DNA of 59,930 nt, filler included, from Dugesia japonica (Eukaryota): assembly GCA_001938525.1 (NCBI GenBank). It is 6 parts of 6 records of this genome, joined end to end, with 100 filler letters (N's around TTAATTAATTAA, not from the genome) between each part and the next. Parts side by side here need not be neighbours in the genome. Positions count along the whole stretch, not along the records: positions 1 to 9,085 come from MQRL01482128.1; positions 9,186 to 18,482 come from MQRL01611053.1; 4 more parts are not named here. One strand, given 5' to 3'. The notes below the pieces were generated by a model. The model made no database searches, had not been told where the DNA came from, and saw only the letters and a list, made by a program, of their open reading frames with translations. The first letter of the stretch is position 1. Every line of letters starts with the position of its first letter. Positions 1-12,884 of this stretch are shown piece by piece. The position numbers were made by a program, and so were the translations under genes.

Positions 1-174
1 AGTTTGAGGGTTGTGCGTGATATAATTTTTTGAGCCATATCACCCATGACCCCAACATATATATATATATATATATATAATACAAGAATGCGAAAATTTT
101 ACTTTGCAGACTACTGGTTTAAAATAAGCAAAATTTAAAGAATTTTCATTTTAATTTATGTTTTCATAACTTAC

Positions 175-1492
175 AGATGTTAAAGTATTTAGAATTTTCC
201 CCATTGCTTTTCTTCGTTTTGCTTTTGCTTTATCCATATTTTCCAAATTTCTTAAAACCATGTCAATCTTTGAAACCATAGAAATGATATTATTTTCCAT
301 TTCTTCTACACGTGAATTCAAAATATTGTATTCGTCTATTGAAACTCCTCTAATAACACCTTTCTTTAAGCCTAAATCACAATCTGTCAGCTCGGCTTGT
401 TCAACCATGATTTCATTGTTCACTTCGGCCTATAAAAAAATTATTTAATAAATTTCTATACTTAATATTCATATAAAATTTTAATATATTTTAATGATGG
501 AAAAGGTTTATTTTATTTTTAATTTCTGAAGTTACAAGTAAACGTCTCGGTTCATTAACTGAAATTATTATTAAAATGCTGATAATAATATTTATATACA
601 TTTATTAATTTTTCATACGATCATATTACAGTAAGATTAATGGCGTAATTTGATCCGCACTTCTATTTAATCAATATTCCTTTTAATAAGTGTCGATGTG
701 ATTGATAATTACAATAAAAATATTAAATAATTTAATTTTAAAAATCAAGTCTAATTTTAAGTCTTTTTAAAATCATGTAAATCGACGAAATCAGAAAACT
801 TAGAAATTAAAACACAATCTTCCTAGGTTTATATGGCTTACAATAGTTTTGAGAGCTATCTAGTTCTCGAAAAAATTAAACATAATCTTCCAGTGTGAGA
901 GTGAAAAGAAGATTTCATGTTCATGATGTGCATGGCCGTTTTTCTTTGAGCTGGATTTCATTACAACTCACGACTTTCACCAATCGGTTATTATACTGAA
1001 AGATTCATTTTGTATAATTTGTATCCCTTCGTTATCATAGTTATTTTTGTACATGATAATAATCATCATAGCTAAATATGTGTACAATAGTATTATTTTT
1101 ATACCCATACTTTATGAACTTTCATATCTGAACTATAGTATCAGTTTTATCAAACAAGAACCTTGAACACTTATGGATGATCACACGAGAAACTTGTTAG
1201 ATGAGTTTGGAAAACTCATCTGATGATTAATATCAGAACTCGAATTCATTACAAAATTTATTCAAACAAAATCTATGCTTAACACTATTTGTTTATTCAA
1301 ATTATTCAAACAAATTCAAATACCGTGTTTTCATTGGTGAACATTTGTTTTAATTATTTAATTAACCAAGTTTCCGTTTACTCAAAAATTTTAATTTATC
1401 ATTAAACCAAATATTTGTTATTTAAAATTTTCATGAATAATTTAAATCTTTCTTTAAATAAAAATATTTTAAAAATATGATCACCAATCACA

Positions 1493-1528
<36 letters not shown>

Positions 1529-4500
1529 ACATACTTATACTATTTCAAGAATTCATTTTTAACTTAAAAGTTAAGTTTCATTTATTACTAATTATTACAA
1601 CTGAATATATATCGAACTATTTTTACAAAAAGATATGCTAACATTTATTACTGCGATCATTTTCTACAAACCATTATCAAAGGTTTTGCTAACTGAGGAT
1701 AAATCTTTATCATTGATTACTAAACATCATATACAAGTGTCACCATTGTAGGTTATTTATAAACTTACAACAATTAACAGTGCGAAATTGTTTTAATTCT
1801 TCTTATTATGATTAAAATCACTTAATTTAAATACTGTATTGATCTTATTGTAATTATTGACCATTAACAATTAAAACACATTACAATTTTATCCATAGCC
1901 TTAAAATAAACAAATAACAAATTATACACATTAAGATAATTTATAATTATTAATTAATTATTAATAAAAAAAATTTATTAATTATGATTATTAATTTATG
2001 ATTATTTATAATACAATTTATAATAATTATTAAAACGAATTCAAATTAATAAAAATTCAGCTATTTGTATTATATTTTAAATTCTATTTTTAGTTCTTCA
2101 GTGGTTTCAAATAAAACGTAATTAAAATGTTTTATAATAGAACATTCATATTAATTGAAGGAAATTAACTATAATATACCTTTAAATTTTCTAATTGTCT
2201 TTGCATTTCGATTTGTTCTGTTTGATCTAATACTCGATTTCCATCGGTATCGTATTTTGAGAATACATTTTCGATTTCACTTTCTTCAAAGCCTCGACTT
2301 AATTAAAAGTGGAGTTTAAATAAATTTTTAAAAATGAGTTATAAATGACAAAAATAAACTATTTAGTAAAAAAAATAAAACTTAAAAATTTAAAAATAAA
2401 TGAATTTGACAAATGAAAATATTGACTTGAATAAACTTGAACAATGGTTTCAAATATAATTTGGTAGTTAATAATATTAATAAATATTAAATATTAACTA
2501 CCAAATTATATAAGAAACCATTTCACAGTGGTTTACCCTGGAGTAGCAATGCTACTATTATGCAGAAATTTGATATAATTAAAGGTAAAAGAAATTGAGC
2601 TGAGAGACTATTTTCAAATGAAGAAATAAAATTGATTTCTCTCAAGTTGATAAAAAATAAATTCCTAAATAACGGGTACCAAAATAAAATTTTATCGAAA
2701 TATTTATCTTTGAATCCAATATATATTAAAATCCAACCAAAAACAAACACAGTTATTAAATTACCTTTTCTTAACAAGAAATTTAGCCAAATCATGCAAA
2801 ATATAATAAAAAAAGTCTAAATTCAAGCACAATCGAAGAATTATATTCAAAACGCAAGCACATTTGAGCATCCAATTACAGAAACCACGACAACATATTT
2901 ATGTTCACAAATGCATTGGTGATTGTAGAAATATATGCAATAAGAAAAATGTCACTTATAAAATATCATGCACCTTATGTAAAGAAACATATATAGGTGA
3001 AACATGCAGAACCATTCGTACAAGAATTAAGGAACATCTCAAGCAAAAATAAAGTAAAGTCGACAAATGAAGTGAAATAAAATTTCAGTAGAACATCATA
3101 TAACATGGAAAAAAAACTAAGAACACACTGCATTTCCACATTTTACTGGAAAACCATGAAGAGTTATTAAATGAAGAATATAATCCTAAAATCAATGTCA
3201 TTTATAATAATTAAATAAACTAACCAATAAAAATTCAATAAAATAAATTATTTCCAAAAAATAATTTTTCTCAATAAATACTAATTCATTTAAAATAAAA
3301 GCTTCGATCAAAATTTGTTTTTTGGTTTTTGATAACAATTTTATATTTCGATTTTGTCTTTGTCAGGAATTGAATTTTATTTCTGACCTCAAAGTTGAAA
3401 TATAGAATAGTTATCATAAACCAAAAAACAAATTGATCAAAGCTTTTATTTTAAATGAATTGTGAAAAATAAATATTAAATAAATAAAAATTTCAATTGC
3501 TGATGAAGACAAAGTCGAAAATTTGAAATACAATTAAGAACTAAAAAAACAAAATTAAAAATGAAAAACAATATTTTAGTCGAAACTTTTAATTTAATGA
3601 AAAATAACATTGGTAAAAGAATTATTGAATTTATTGCATATTCTATTAACATTTGTATGAGACTCAATGAAATTTATCTTTTAATGAAAATTGTATAGGT
3701 TTCATATGAAACTGTTATATGTTTTAGTAAATTTATTAAACTTGGATAATCATACTAAAACTATTAAAATTCTTTATTGTCATAAAAACCTTATAAAACG
3801 CTCAAAGTCTATTAAAATATATATCCTATAAATTACGCAAAAATTATTACCATGTGGTATCTCTTAACTCCTTACAATATATAAAATTTATTAAAACCCT
3901 AGAAGTAAACCCTTTATTAAAACCTAATAATAACAGTAAATAATTATCTATAAAACCCATTGAAAAAAATACTTAAAAACCTTATAATTAAGTATATCTT
4001 TTTTATTAAAGATTGTATAATTCTTAAAGAAATCTAGATATATGTCCGGATTTGGTACAGTTTTTGCATATTAACGCTTTATTATATCGGATAATATGAC
4101 TTTCCCAAAACAATTATAACATTTTATTTCTTATTTGATCTTTTGAAATTGATATTTGGGATAATCTGTTTTACAGTTTTTTACCNAAAACTTTATACGA
4201 TTTTCAAGCTAAATTATTCTGTTTTAAGATTTCCATTTCTGGTCATTTTCCCTTGAAGATGGCATTGCTAATAATTCGTAATTTATCATTATATTTAATT
4301 TTCTTTTTCATGAAAAAAGGCTTGCCAAAAAGATGCCAAGCAATTATTAAGACCTTTCAAAATATTGATAAAATAGTCTTCTCTCCATCAGATTTATCAT
4401 AGTCTGGCATTTTCCAAATTCCAGGAGGCAGTTATTACTGTCTAAGAGTCATATCCTCATGTTTTAAAAATAAAATATTAATTTTTGGAATTACCTTAGT

Positions 4501-6173
4501 TGGCCTAACATGATATAGTTCAATTAACTTTGTCTACAGTTATTCCTAGTTTGATTTATTGCATTTAAATTCTGGAATTGATTGAAGTTCTACACATGCT
4601 TTTTCTTCTAAACTTTTTAATTGCTTTTCTGAAAGTTTTGTACTGATTTTTTTAGTCTGTTGGGGCTATGTCTGGTGAGTATGTAGGCTGATGAAGAAGT
4701 TCCAACTGCAGTTCTTGGATTTTTGCCACGTTAATTTGTGCACTGTGTGGTCTAGCGTTATCCCGCAATAAGATAAGAATTGATCTGTTGACCAATTTCG
4801 GCGGTTTTTTCTAAGGTTTTGCATCATTTTTTCCAGCTGGTTACAGTATATTTCAGTTGTGATCAATCACCCAGGNTTCATGAAATCATAATTGATCACA
4901 CCTGCAGTAGACCACCATACACTTACCATAAGCTTCTTTTGGAGTGTGTTTTAGAGATTCATTCTTGTTCAACCCCTGTGCTGAACGTTTGCAATTGCCA
5001 TATTGGATCCATTTCTCGTCACAAGTGATAATTTGATTTAAAAACGAATCAAATTTGTGACAAAAAAACAACATCAAGCAAGCTTTCAATCGCCTTTGTT
5101 TCTTTTTTTTATTCAACTCATGTGAAACCCATTTGTCCAACTTTTTTTCTTTACCTATTTAAATTAAATTGGTTAATATTGTTTGTTTGCTAACACCAAA
5201 CTTCAATGATGATTTGGATAACCAATTTGAAACTGTGTGCTGTGAAGTAACAGTACAGCCAAATACACTATTAATGTTTCACATGGTCTGCGATGTCGTA
5301 GTTCCACGTAAAAAGTCATTTTATAATGTTACGCATTTTTTATCTTTTCAATTTAAAGATATAATCACTAAATAATAAATAAATAATTAAATTTTCAGTC
5401 TACAAAATTAGTAATATTACTAAAATGTTGAGTAAATCAAAATACCTTGCAAATAAATTCAATAAAATAGTTCAAATAAACAATATTATCAATTATAAAT
5501 TTCATAATGGACGGCGCAATATAAATGTAAAACCAATAAAAAACAGAAACCAATAGGCATTTAAGAAATTGATTTTAAATATGTGGTTAGCGAGTGTAAC
5601 CAGTTGTTCTGAATAATAAATATGTAATAAAGTATATAATATTGATATATTTTTAATTAATTACTTTTTAGAAAATTTATCAAATTTAATGATTAAACTG
5701 AATTTAGATTGTTTATTTTACTTAATATTACTGACTGAATTATATGATATTCCTAAAGTGATCTTTATCTATTTTACATAGAAAATTGACATAGGAATTT
5801 GATAATAGGTTAATACATGCGTGTGTGCATAATGTGTATTAATTGATTCATATATATTAATTAATATATATTAATTGATGTATATATATTATTTTATCAT
5901 TTTGTGTAATTAATAAATGTATTATTTTGTAGTTTAGTAAAATATGTTCTTCAGTTATAAAACATATGAAATATTAATGTAAAATACATAAATATTTCAC
6001 TGTTTTATTGTCATTTGTTTCATAGAAATTAAAACTTACACTTTCATAGCAGCTTTCCATTCCTCAAAATCCATTAATCCATCATTGTTTGTGTCAGCGT
6101 TTGTTATTGCATTTTGAATATCAGCTATTTTCTCTTTTTTCAAATTTAATTTTTCCAACATTTTTATCGTTCT
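175..6173 (-). CDS. PKD2: Polycystin-2 / TRPP-family cation channel, 3' part. Exons 6173-6040, 2297-2180, 429-175; possible last micro-exon 110-99 (SAK*)
   Basis: Spliced translation RTIKMLEKLNLKKEKIADIQNAITNADTNNDGLMDFEEWKAAMKV|RGFEESEIENVFSKYDTDGNRVLDQTEQIEMQRQLENLK|AEVNNE...GVSIDEYNILNSRVEEMENNIISMVSKIDMVLRNLENMDKAKAKRRKAMGKIL resembles the PKD2 EF-hand region and C-terminal coiled coil (GVSYEEF..L.RRV..ME.SIGSIVSKID). Junctions are GT-AG and the phases join in frame (2, then 0). Upstream exons are not visible in this contig. Confidence 0.88.
2523..3215 (+). mobile_element. Penelope-like retroelement relic (RT C-terminal region + GIY-YIG endonuclease) in a PKD2 intron
   Basis: Frames give ..KNKFLNNGYQNKIL..IKLPFLNKKFSQ.. 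and CNKKNVTYKISCTLCKETYIGETCRTIRTRIKEH, the PLE GIY-YIG pattern; frameshifted, with stops. Confidence 0.8.
3283..3525. repeat. Inverted copies of a Penelope-associated short repeat with hammerhead-core motifs
   Basis: attcatttaaaataaaagcttcgatcaaaa...tcaaagcttttattttaaatgaat form inverted arms; CTGATGA-agacaaagtc-GAAA at 3500-3520. Confidence 0.55.
4560..5200 (-). mobile_element. Mariner transposase pseudogene fragment
   Basis: WVSHEL, IITCDEKWI and PTYSPDIAPTD motifs across shifted frames. Confidence 0.85.
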
Positions 6174-6286
6174 CTACAAAAATATTAATTCAATTTAGAA
6201 AAATTAGGATTACTAGTAATTGACAAAATTAACAGTTTTACATTAACTACATTTCATTTTATCATATCAAATCTTTAAATAAAATA

Positions 6287-8983
6287 CACTCATCCCTCGC
6301 TTTACAGAATGGTTCCGTTCCCGAAAAGTTGTCCGTAAATCGAAATTCCGTAAATCGGATTTTTTTACGTACATGATGACCATTTTCTATGTACTATAAC
6401 TATGTATGTAGTATGTACATAAATGTTTATATTATATAAATTTACATTTTCAATAAGAGCTACATCTAATAAGAAATTCCAAAGTATGTAATTCAAGAAT
6501 ATTTATTGTGAAATAATAGCTCTTAAAAAAATATGGATGAAAACATAAAAAATATTCAAAAATAAAAATAAATAAGAAAATTAATTCATAAAAATAATAA
6601 TAATACCTAATAATAATTAAAAACATTTCTATTATGATGAATATAAGTCTGAGTAATCTGAATACGAGCTTGTGTCTAAGCTTTCAACTACACCAATAGT
6701 AGGCCTATCGAATCATGTCAAAGAAACTGGTTTTGTAAAATGAGTGCAATGTTTGTTATGTTGCTGTGTTCATTTTCTCTTTGTAGAGTGGCTTGTAGCA
6801 GTCTATAGCCTTATTTAAATTTCGTGATACTTTTAAGATACGTTCTTGTACCGGATTGTTTTTATGCAGGATCTTAATTGCTTCTTTGAAGTTTAAAAAA
6901 CCATAAGATAGATCTTTTGTACTTAATTGTTGAGCAATGTTTGAAGCATTTCCTTCATTCTCATGTTCTTCAGGTGATATATTTTGNNNNNNNNNNNNNN
7001 NNNNNNNNNNNNNNNNNNNNNNNNNNNNNNNNNNNNNNNNNNNNNNNNNNNNNNNNNNNNNNNNNNNNNNAAAACCAAGTTTATTCCCAAGATGTACTAT
7101 ATTTTGGATGACTTCCGGAAGAACTTGAACATCAGCATCATCGTTATTGACGTTCTCTGACCAAATTATTTTCCAAACATTTTTCATTGTGGATGGCTTC
7201 ACTTCTTTCCATGATTCACCAATGTTATGTACGGCATTCTTTATACTATATCTTTTCCATCACTCTTTCATTGTAGAACGATCATGCACTTTGTTTTCTG
7301 TGTCAACAATTAGTTGTTTAAAAGTTCTTTGCAAATAATATGCTTTGAATGGCTGAATCAAGGTAGTAGTATTTTTGGGTAGGTACTCAATCCTCAAATT
7401 ATTGGACAATTCAAATAGATTAATAGGATGCCCAGAAGCATTGTCTTATAACAGCAATGCTTTATTTCCAAGGTTTTTTTTCTAAATATACTTTCACTTC
7501 GGGACAAAAAACCTTTTTAAACCAATCCTCGAAAAACCTTGTAGTCATCCAAGCTTTTTTGTTGGACCTCCAAATAACAGGCAAATAAGATTTATAATAT
7601 CCTTTGAAAGCTCGCGGATGTTTGGAGGTATATATCAATACCGGCTTCAACTTAAAATCCCCAGCAGCATTACCTTCAAGAAGAAATGTTAACCGCTCTT
7701 TTGCCACTTTGAAACCGGGTGCAGACATTTCATCGTTAGAAAAAAATGTTCTGTCAGGCATGCGTTTCCAATAGAGTCCAATTTCATCGACGTTGAATAT
7801 TTGTTCTAAAACATATTTTCCTTCTTCGCTAATTTTCTTTTAAATGCTAGGGTACTCAAGAGCTACTGCAATGTCGGCATTGGCAGCTTCACCTTTCATT
7901 TTTATGGTATGTAAATTGTGGCGATTCTTAAATTTCTCAAACCAGCCTTTGCTGGCACTAAAAGATTCATCGCGAGAAGTTCCATCTACATCATCTTCCT
8001 TTCATTTTTTAAAAAGGTTTTTACTTTTCTCTTTGATCGTCATAGTTTTTATAGGAATAATACGCTGATTATTGTTCTCGATCCACATACCTAAAAGCTC
8101 TTCTATTTTCTTCATAATATTACTTCTATGGCGCGTTAATTTCGTAGCACTTCGAGGAGCAGCTAATTGTGATTGTTCAATAGTTTTAGCCTTGTTATCG
8201 TGTATTGTCCATACTGTAGATTTTGCAAGTTCTAATACTTTTTCAATTCCAATAAGTTTTTCACTTGCTTTAAAATGACGCAATACATCTAACTTAATTT
8301 TCATTGTTTTTCAGCTTCTCTTATTTGCTTCTGTCTTTCCAGAGTTTATCCGCTTTGGTGGCATTTAAGAAATCCTAATTAATTTCTTAAAGTAAAGAAG
8401 AATGTAAAATTATCAATCTTGTGTAACTTAGCTTACAAAAATAAATAAAAGATACGTATCCAAATCACTACATATAAAAAAATATTCTATAGATTTACAA
8501 AGAAATTGCACATAATAATAAACCAAGTAACGAGAAAATATGATGTACCGCCTAATGTAGATATTTCCAAAGAGGAGATGAAAAAATGGATATATGTGTG
8601 TAATATACAAAATCTCACTCATACTATTACATTTTTTGTCCATTTTCGTATGAAAATTAATTTCAATACAACTGCATTTACTTTTTTAATATCAATACTT
8701 ATGCGTTGGCAATCACTAGCCTAAAATTGGCCTAAACAGTGAGAAAATGTATGTACATTGTGCATACCTCAATATTCTCTTCTAAATTGTTCTGTGCATA
8801 AACATAAAAATTAATTCCTAGAATTTTGATTTCAAAAATAATTTTTTCTGGAAAAACTTTTGTTTTAAGGAGTTTTTCCGTAAATCAAAATTTTATTCCG
8901 TAAACAGAGGCAATGGTTTAATTTTTCAATTCCGTTATAGCGATCTTCCGTATAAAGAGTTTCGGTTAATCGAGAGATGAGTG
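6287..8983 (-). mobile_element. Full-length but inactivated Tigger/pogo DNA transposon
   Basis: TIRs cactcatccctcgctttacagaa and (reverse complement) cactcatctctcgattaaccgaa, flanked by TA at 6285-6286 and 8984-8985. Transposase from ATG 8364: HTH_psq/CENP-B N-terminus, FSASKGWLRNLRIA-like block, NVDEIGLYWKRMPDRTF, GNAAGDFKLKP, WRSNKKAWMT; broken by stops and frameshifts. Confidence 0.92.
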
Positions 8984-9085
8984 TATGCAACAATTTTTAT
9001 TAGTTTTGAATGATTGTACAATTCAAATTTCATTTCAAAAGTATTCAGGTTTTTTCAGAGTATTAACTTAAACAAAGTTTTATTT

Positions 9086-9185
9086 NNNNNNNNNNNNNNN
9101 NNNNNNNNNNNNNNNNNNNNNNNNNNNNNTTAATTAATTAANNNNNNNNNNNNNNNNNNNNNNNNNNNNNNNNNNNNNNNNNNNN
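9086..9185. other. Assembly spacer (44 N + TTAATTAATTAA + 44 N); also at 18483-18582, 27914-28013, 37183-37282, 47690-47789
   Basis: The same 12-mer, with stops in all six frames, sits in the middle of the same N padding five times. Confidence 0.97.
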
Positions 9186-9254
9186 GTGGATGTTGAATGA
9201 GTATTTTGAATTGGAATTTTTATTTGTTTTAAAGTTATAATATTAATTTCTTAC

Positions 9255-9489
9255 TGAGCGTGAAGAGAATCATTGCTGTCCGGGTTAACAGATTTAATGA
9301 GAAGACGCGATACCGCAAANNNNNNNNNNNNNNNNNNNNNNNNNNNNNNNNNNNNNNNNNNNNNNNNNNNNNNNNNNNNNNNNNNNNGCCCCTAGATTAT
9401 GTGATAATTGGTTGAAAGCAAGAGTGATGTCAGTCAGAGATGGTTTAAATTAAGAGCATTGAAATATAAAAAATCCTAAAAACCCAACA
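9255..9489 (+). mobile_element. Diverged terminal fragment of the TGTTGGG/CCCAACA element family (see 41873-44991)
   Basis: Shares tgagcgtga, gggtt, aagacgcgataccgcaaa, gcccctaga and aaatcctaaaaacccaaca|atat with the reverse complement of 42105-41869. The 68-N block sits where the other copy has 69 nt. Confidence 0.75.
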
Positions 9490-9667
9490 ATATGTATGTA
9501 TATTGTTACTCCATCAATGAATTATCACAAAATATTTATATCTTTCTTTTATATTTATATGGGGTCACCAAAAAACTTACAATCATAAATGCGGTCGCGA
9601 AAAGTTTAAGACGCTCTTATATGATCAATCTCACTGCTAAATAGAAAGAATTGTAGATATTTTAGAT

Positions 9668-9962
9668 CAAGCATGTGCAACTTGATTTTATTCGATCCTC
9701 ATAATTTTTTCAAAATTTCATTAAAATTACACCTTGAAAATTTTACTCTATATATTTTTAAAAATAAATTTTAATGATAACTTAATATACACATATTTGA
9801 AATAATTTATATCCCTCTTCACACTGTTGATACACTTTGAAATATCTTGAAATACTGCTTTTTACTCTTTATACTGCTTTTAAATTCGAATTATAAATCA
9901 GGCTCGCTGTTTGATGTAATATTTATTTCCCATTCCGCAGTCACAACTAAGTTGCACGTCTG
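9668..9962. mobile_element. Degenerate hAT-type MITE
   Basis: Imperfect TIRs caagcatgtgcaact ... agttgcacgtctg; TSD poorly preserved. Confidence 0.4.
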
Positions 9963-11829
9963 AATTAAATTATTATAACTATTGAATAAAACATGTTGTT
10001 TCAAATTAATATAAAACCTAAAGAAATACGTTAACTACCATCTATACACACTCAATTTGTAAATGTAAGACTGATTCAAAGAATATACATAACTGGGAGA
10101 TTTTTTAATTTTTTCTATATATTATAGGTTGATCGTTTTCTAAATTTATTTTTTAAAACATTTAAATATTTTACAAATATTATAGTAAAAAAAGTACATA
10201 ACAGATATTTAAAATATAAAACATTTTAAAAATGCAAATTGATTAAAATAGTTGCTTTATATTATAATATGGTAAAATTGTAAAAATTATTTTGAAAAAT
10301 GATTAAAATATATTTAATTTCTAAATAGAAAATCGATGTATTTGAAATATTTTATTTTAATGAATTAAAAATTAAATACAAATTTCTCAGATTATTTGTT
10401 TAAATACTATGAATTATTCTTCATCTTTTTTTAAACTTTAATCAAACACTTGTGATAATAAATAATAACTTATGGAGAGTTGTGAGGTGTTTAATTTAAC
10501 TAATTGGCATATATAACTACATTGATCAGCTTTTTTAATATCTGATTTATGTCATTCGTCAAATCTTTAGGTTTTCAAACTATCACAAACCAAGCTTCCG
10601 TTTCACCTTATAACTTTTGAGAAAACCATTTTAACCTTCTTTTAAAAACTTGATATTCATAAAAGTTATTGATGAATGCCATTTATAGATTAATGTCACT
10701 TTATTAGACCAAACTTTGTATTTATTTGAAAATAACGTTATTTTGGATGAAAGTCATTTTTATAATTAGATATAGTGTATAGTAATGATTAGTTAGTTTG
10801 AATTCCGGCTACAAACTCTCAGTAGTAAGCGAGGCAAATGGAAATTTAAAATTGCGAAATAATTTTAGCGCTTGAATTTTTTTATTCATTTTATTATTTT
10901 TGATTTTTAAAATAAAGATTAAATTTCATTTAAAATCGAATTTTTAAAACGTTAATTCCTGAAGAAGATAAAGTCGAAATATAGTTATTTTCAAAATCCA
11001 AAAAAACAAATTTTGATCGAAGCTTTTATTTTACATGAATTCTGAATAAACGACCAATTGTTACATCTAAGAATTATTCTAGTAATAATTGCAATAGTAA
11101 GAGTAAAGTATTGAAATTTTATTAAATATTGAAATATCTTTTGTTAAATATTTGTTAAAATTTTTCTGGATTTTAAATTTCAAATTATTTTGGGTATTTG
11201 TTAATTTTTAAATAACATAATTTATTGAAACATTGATGTAGTTGTGCTAAGTGATAACTACATACAGTTAGTCGATCCACGTTGATTTTTAAATGATTAA
11301 TCAAACTTAAGCAGCAAACTTCGATGTGTTACTTTCGTTATATTTTTAAATTCCTTAGTTTTCAATTTAAACTATTTTACATTATTAAATAATACGTTTC
11401 TTTTTACAAAATTATTTATTTTATAAATTTGTGGTATTTACCGAAACTTGTTTATTTTACAAAAAACTGACTTGATTTTTTGATTCATAATACTTAACAA
11501 AACATTTATTATATAACCTTATAAAAAAGAAAAACAGTCAAAGAACTATTTTGCAAAATCACTCATTCGTTATTATCACTCATGAATTATTTTTCCATTC
11601 TCTAGAAGAACAAGAGAAATTCGTAAAAAAAGAAATCAAACTGTAAACAATACTTAGTTGACTTTGCCTATATAACGGTTGACTCATTTCCACCTGTGAA
11701 ATTTTCATTTATCAAAAGAAATTGTGATTACTATTGGAAATTGTTATCTTCACATAATTTTAAATTATTAATAAAGATTTAACTTTTATTGTTTTTAATT
11801 AGTATTTTATTGCTTTCTTCTTAGCTTCA

Positions 11830-12100
11830 TTGAAAACGACATTTTTTCTTGAGATTCTTCTTCGAGCTATACCTGATAGTATGCATTTCCCAAATCTATT
11901 GAACTGAAATATTTGGCTCCATCTAGCTTTTCCAGCATTTCATCGACATTAGGCATCGGAAAGGCTTGTATTTTCNTTACTGCATTCAATTGTCTGAAAT
12001 CCAAACATATTCTTATGTCTTTCTTTTCCTTTTATCAAACACAGATCAGTGGGGTATTCCATGGAGAGTTGCATTTCCGGATAATATTATTCCCGAAAAG
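11830..12100 (-). mobile_element. Ty3/Gypsy reverse transcriptase fragment
   Basis: Minus strand reads NNIIRKCNSPWNTPLICV..DIRICLDFRQLNAV..QAFPMPNVDEMLEKLDGAKYFSSIDLGNAYYQV, the RT N-terminal motifs. Confidence 0.88.
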
Positions 12101-12884
12101 TGTATTCAGTCTATATTATTTAAACAGAAGTTCAAGCAATTATATAAGATGGCCATAATTATTAATTTTTAAATTTTAACAATTTTTCAAAAGAAGATCA
12201 ATTTAAGTTCTAATAAATTTTTTTTTCTATAATAATATTTTATTAAAATTACTATTTGAAACCTATAAAAATCAAAGTAACAAAAAAACAACGTTTTATA
12301 AAAATATTAAAAATTTTTAATTTTAAAATGTATTCAAAGTTTTTCAAAACTTAAGAAATTGAAAATTATTTTTTGAATTCAAAATTATTATTTTGAAAAA
12401 ATAAAATACAAAAACGTATAAAAACCTATAAAATACATGAAAGTATATTAAAATTTAAAAAATTAAAAAAAATTTTATATCTAGAAAGGACCTTATTGTA
12501 TAATTTCATATACGAGTTCAAAAGTTCCATAAAATCTGAAATATCATGTAATAAAACAAACAAATCTATTAATTCAGGGATTTTCCAACTTTTATCGTTC
12601 GTTCAAAGTTTTCCCATGGCACTCCAAATCAAAGTATTGGTTTATTATTTTAAGGAAATAATTAATAATTTCAGCCAATNGAAAGCGATTAAAGTGATTA
12701 TTAATATTAATTATTTCTATTTACCTGTAATAGTTATACTCAGTAATCTGTGTTAATTGTGAAATAAATGTCTACAAATAATTGTTCTGATATCGAAAAT
12801 AAATTATTATTTGAAGATTATGCAAGTTTTTAATTTATGAATTAATTATATCTTTCCCAGTTATTCATTTATATAGTTTATAGT

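Noticed and set aside
9130-9141. TTAATTAATTAA as a biological repeat or CRISPR-like unit
   Set aside because: It is always centred in 44+44 N and has stops in all six frames: an assembly linker.
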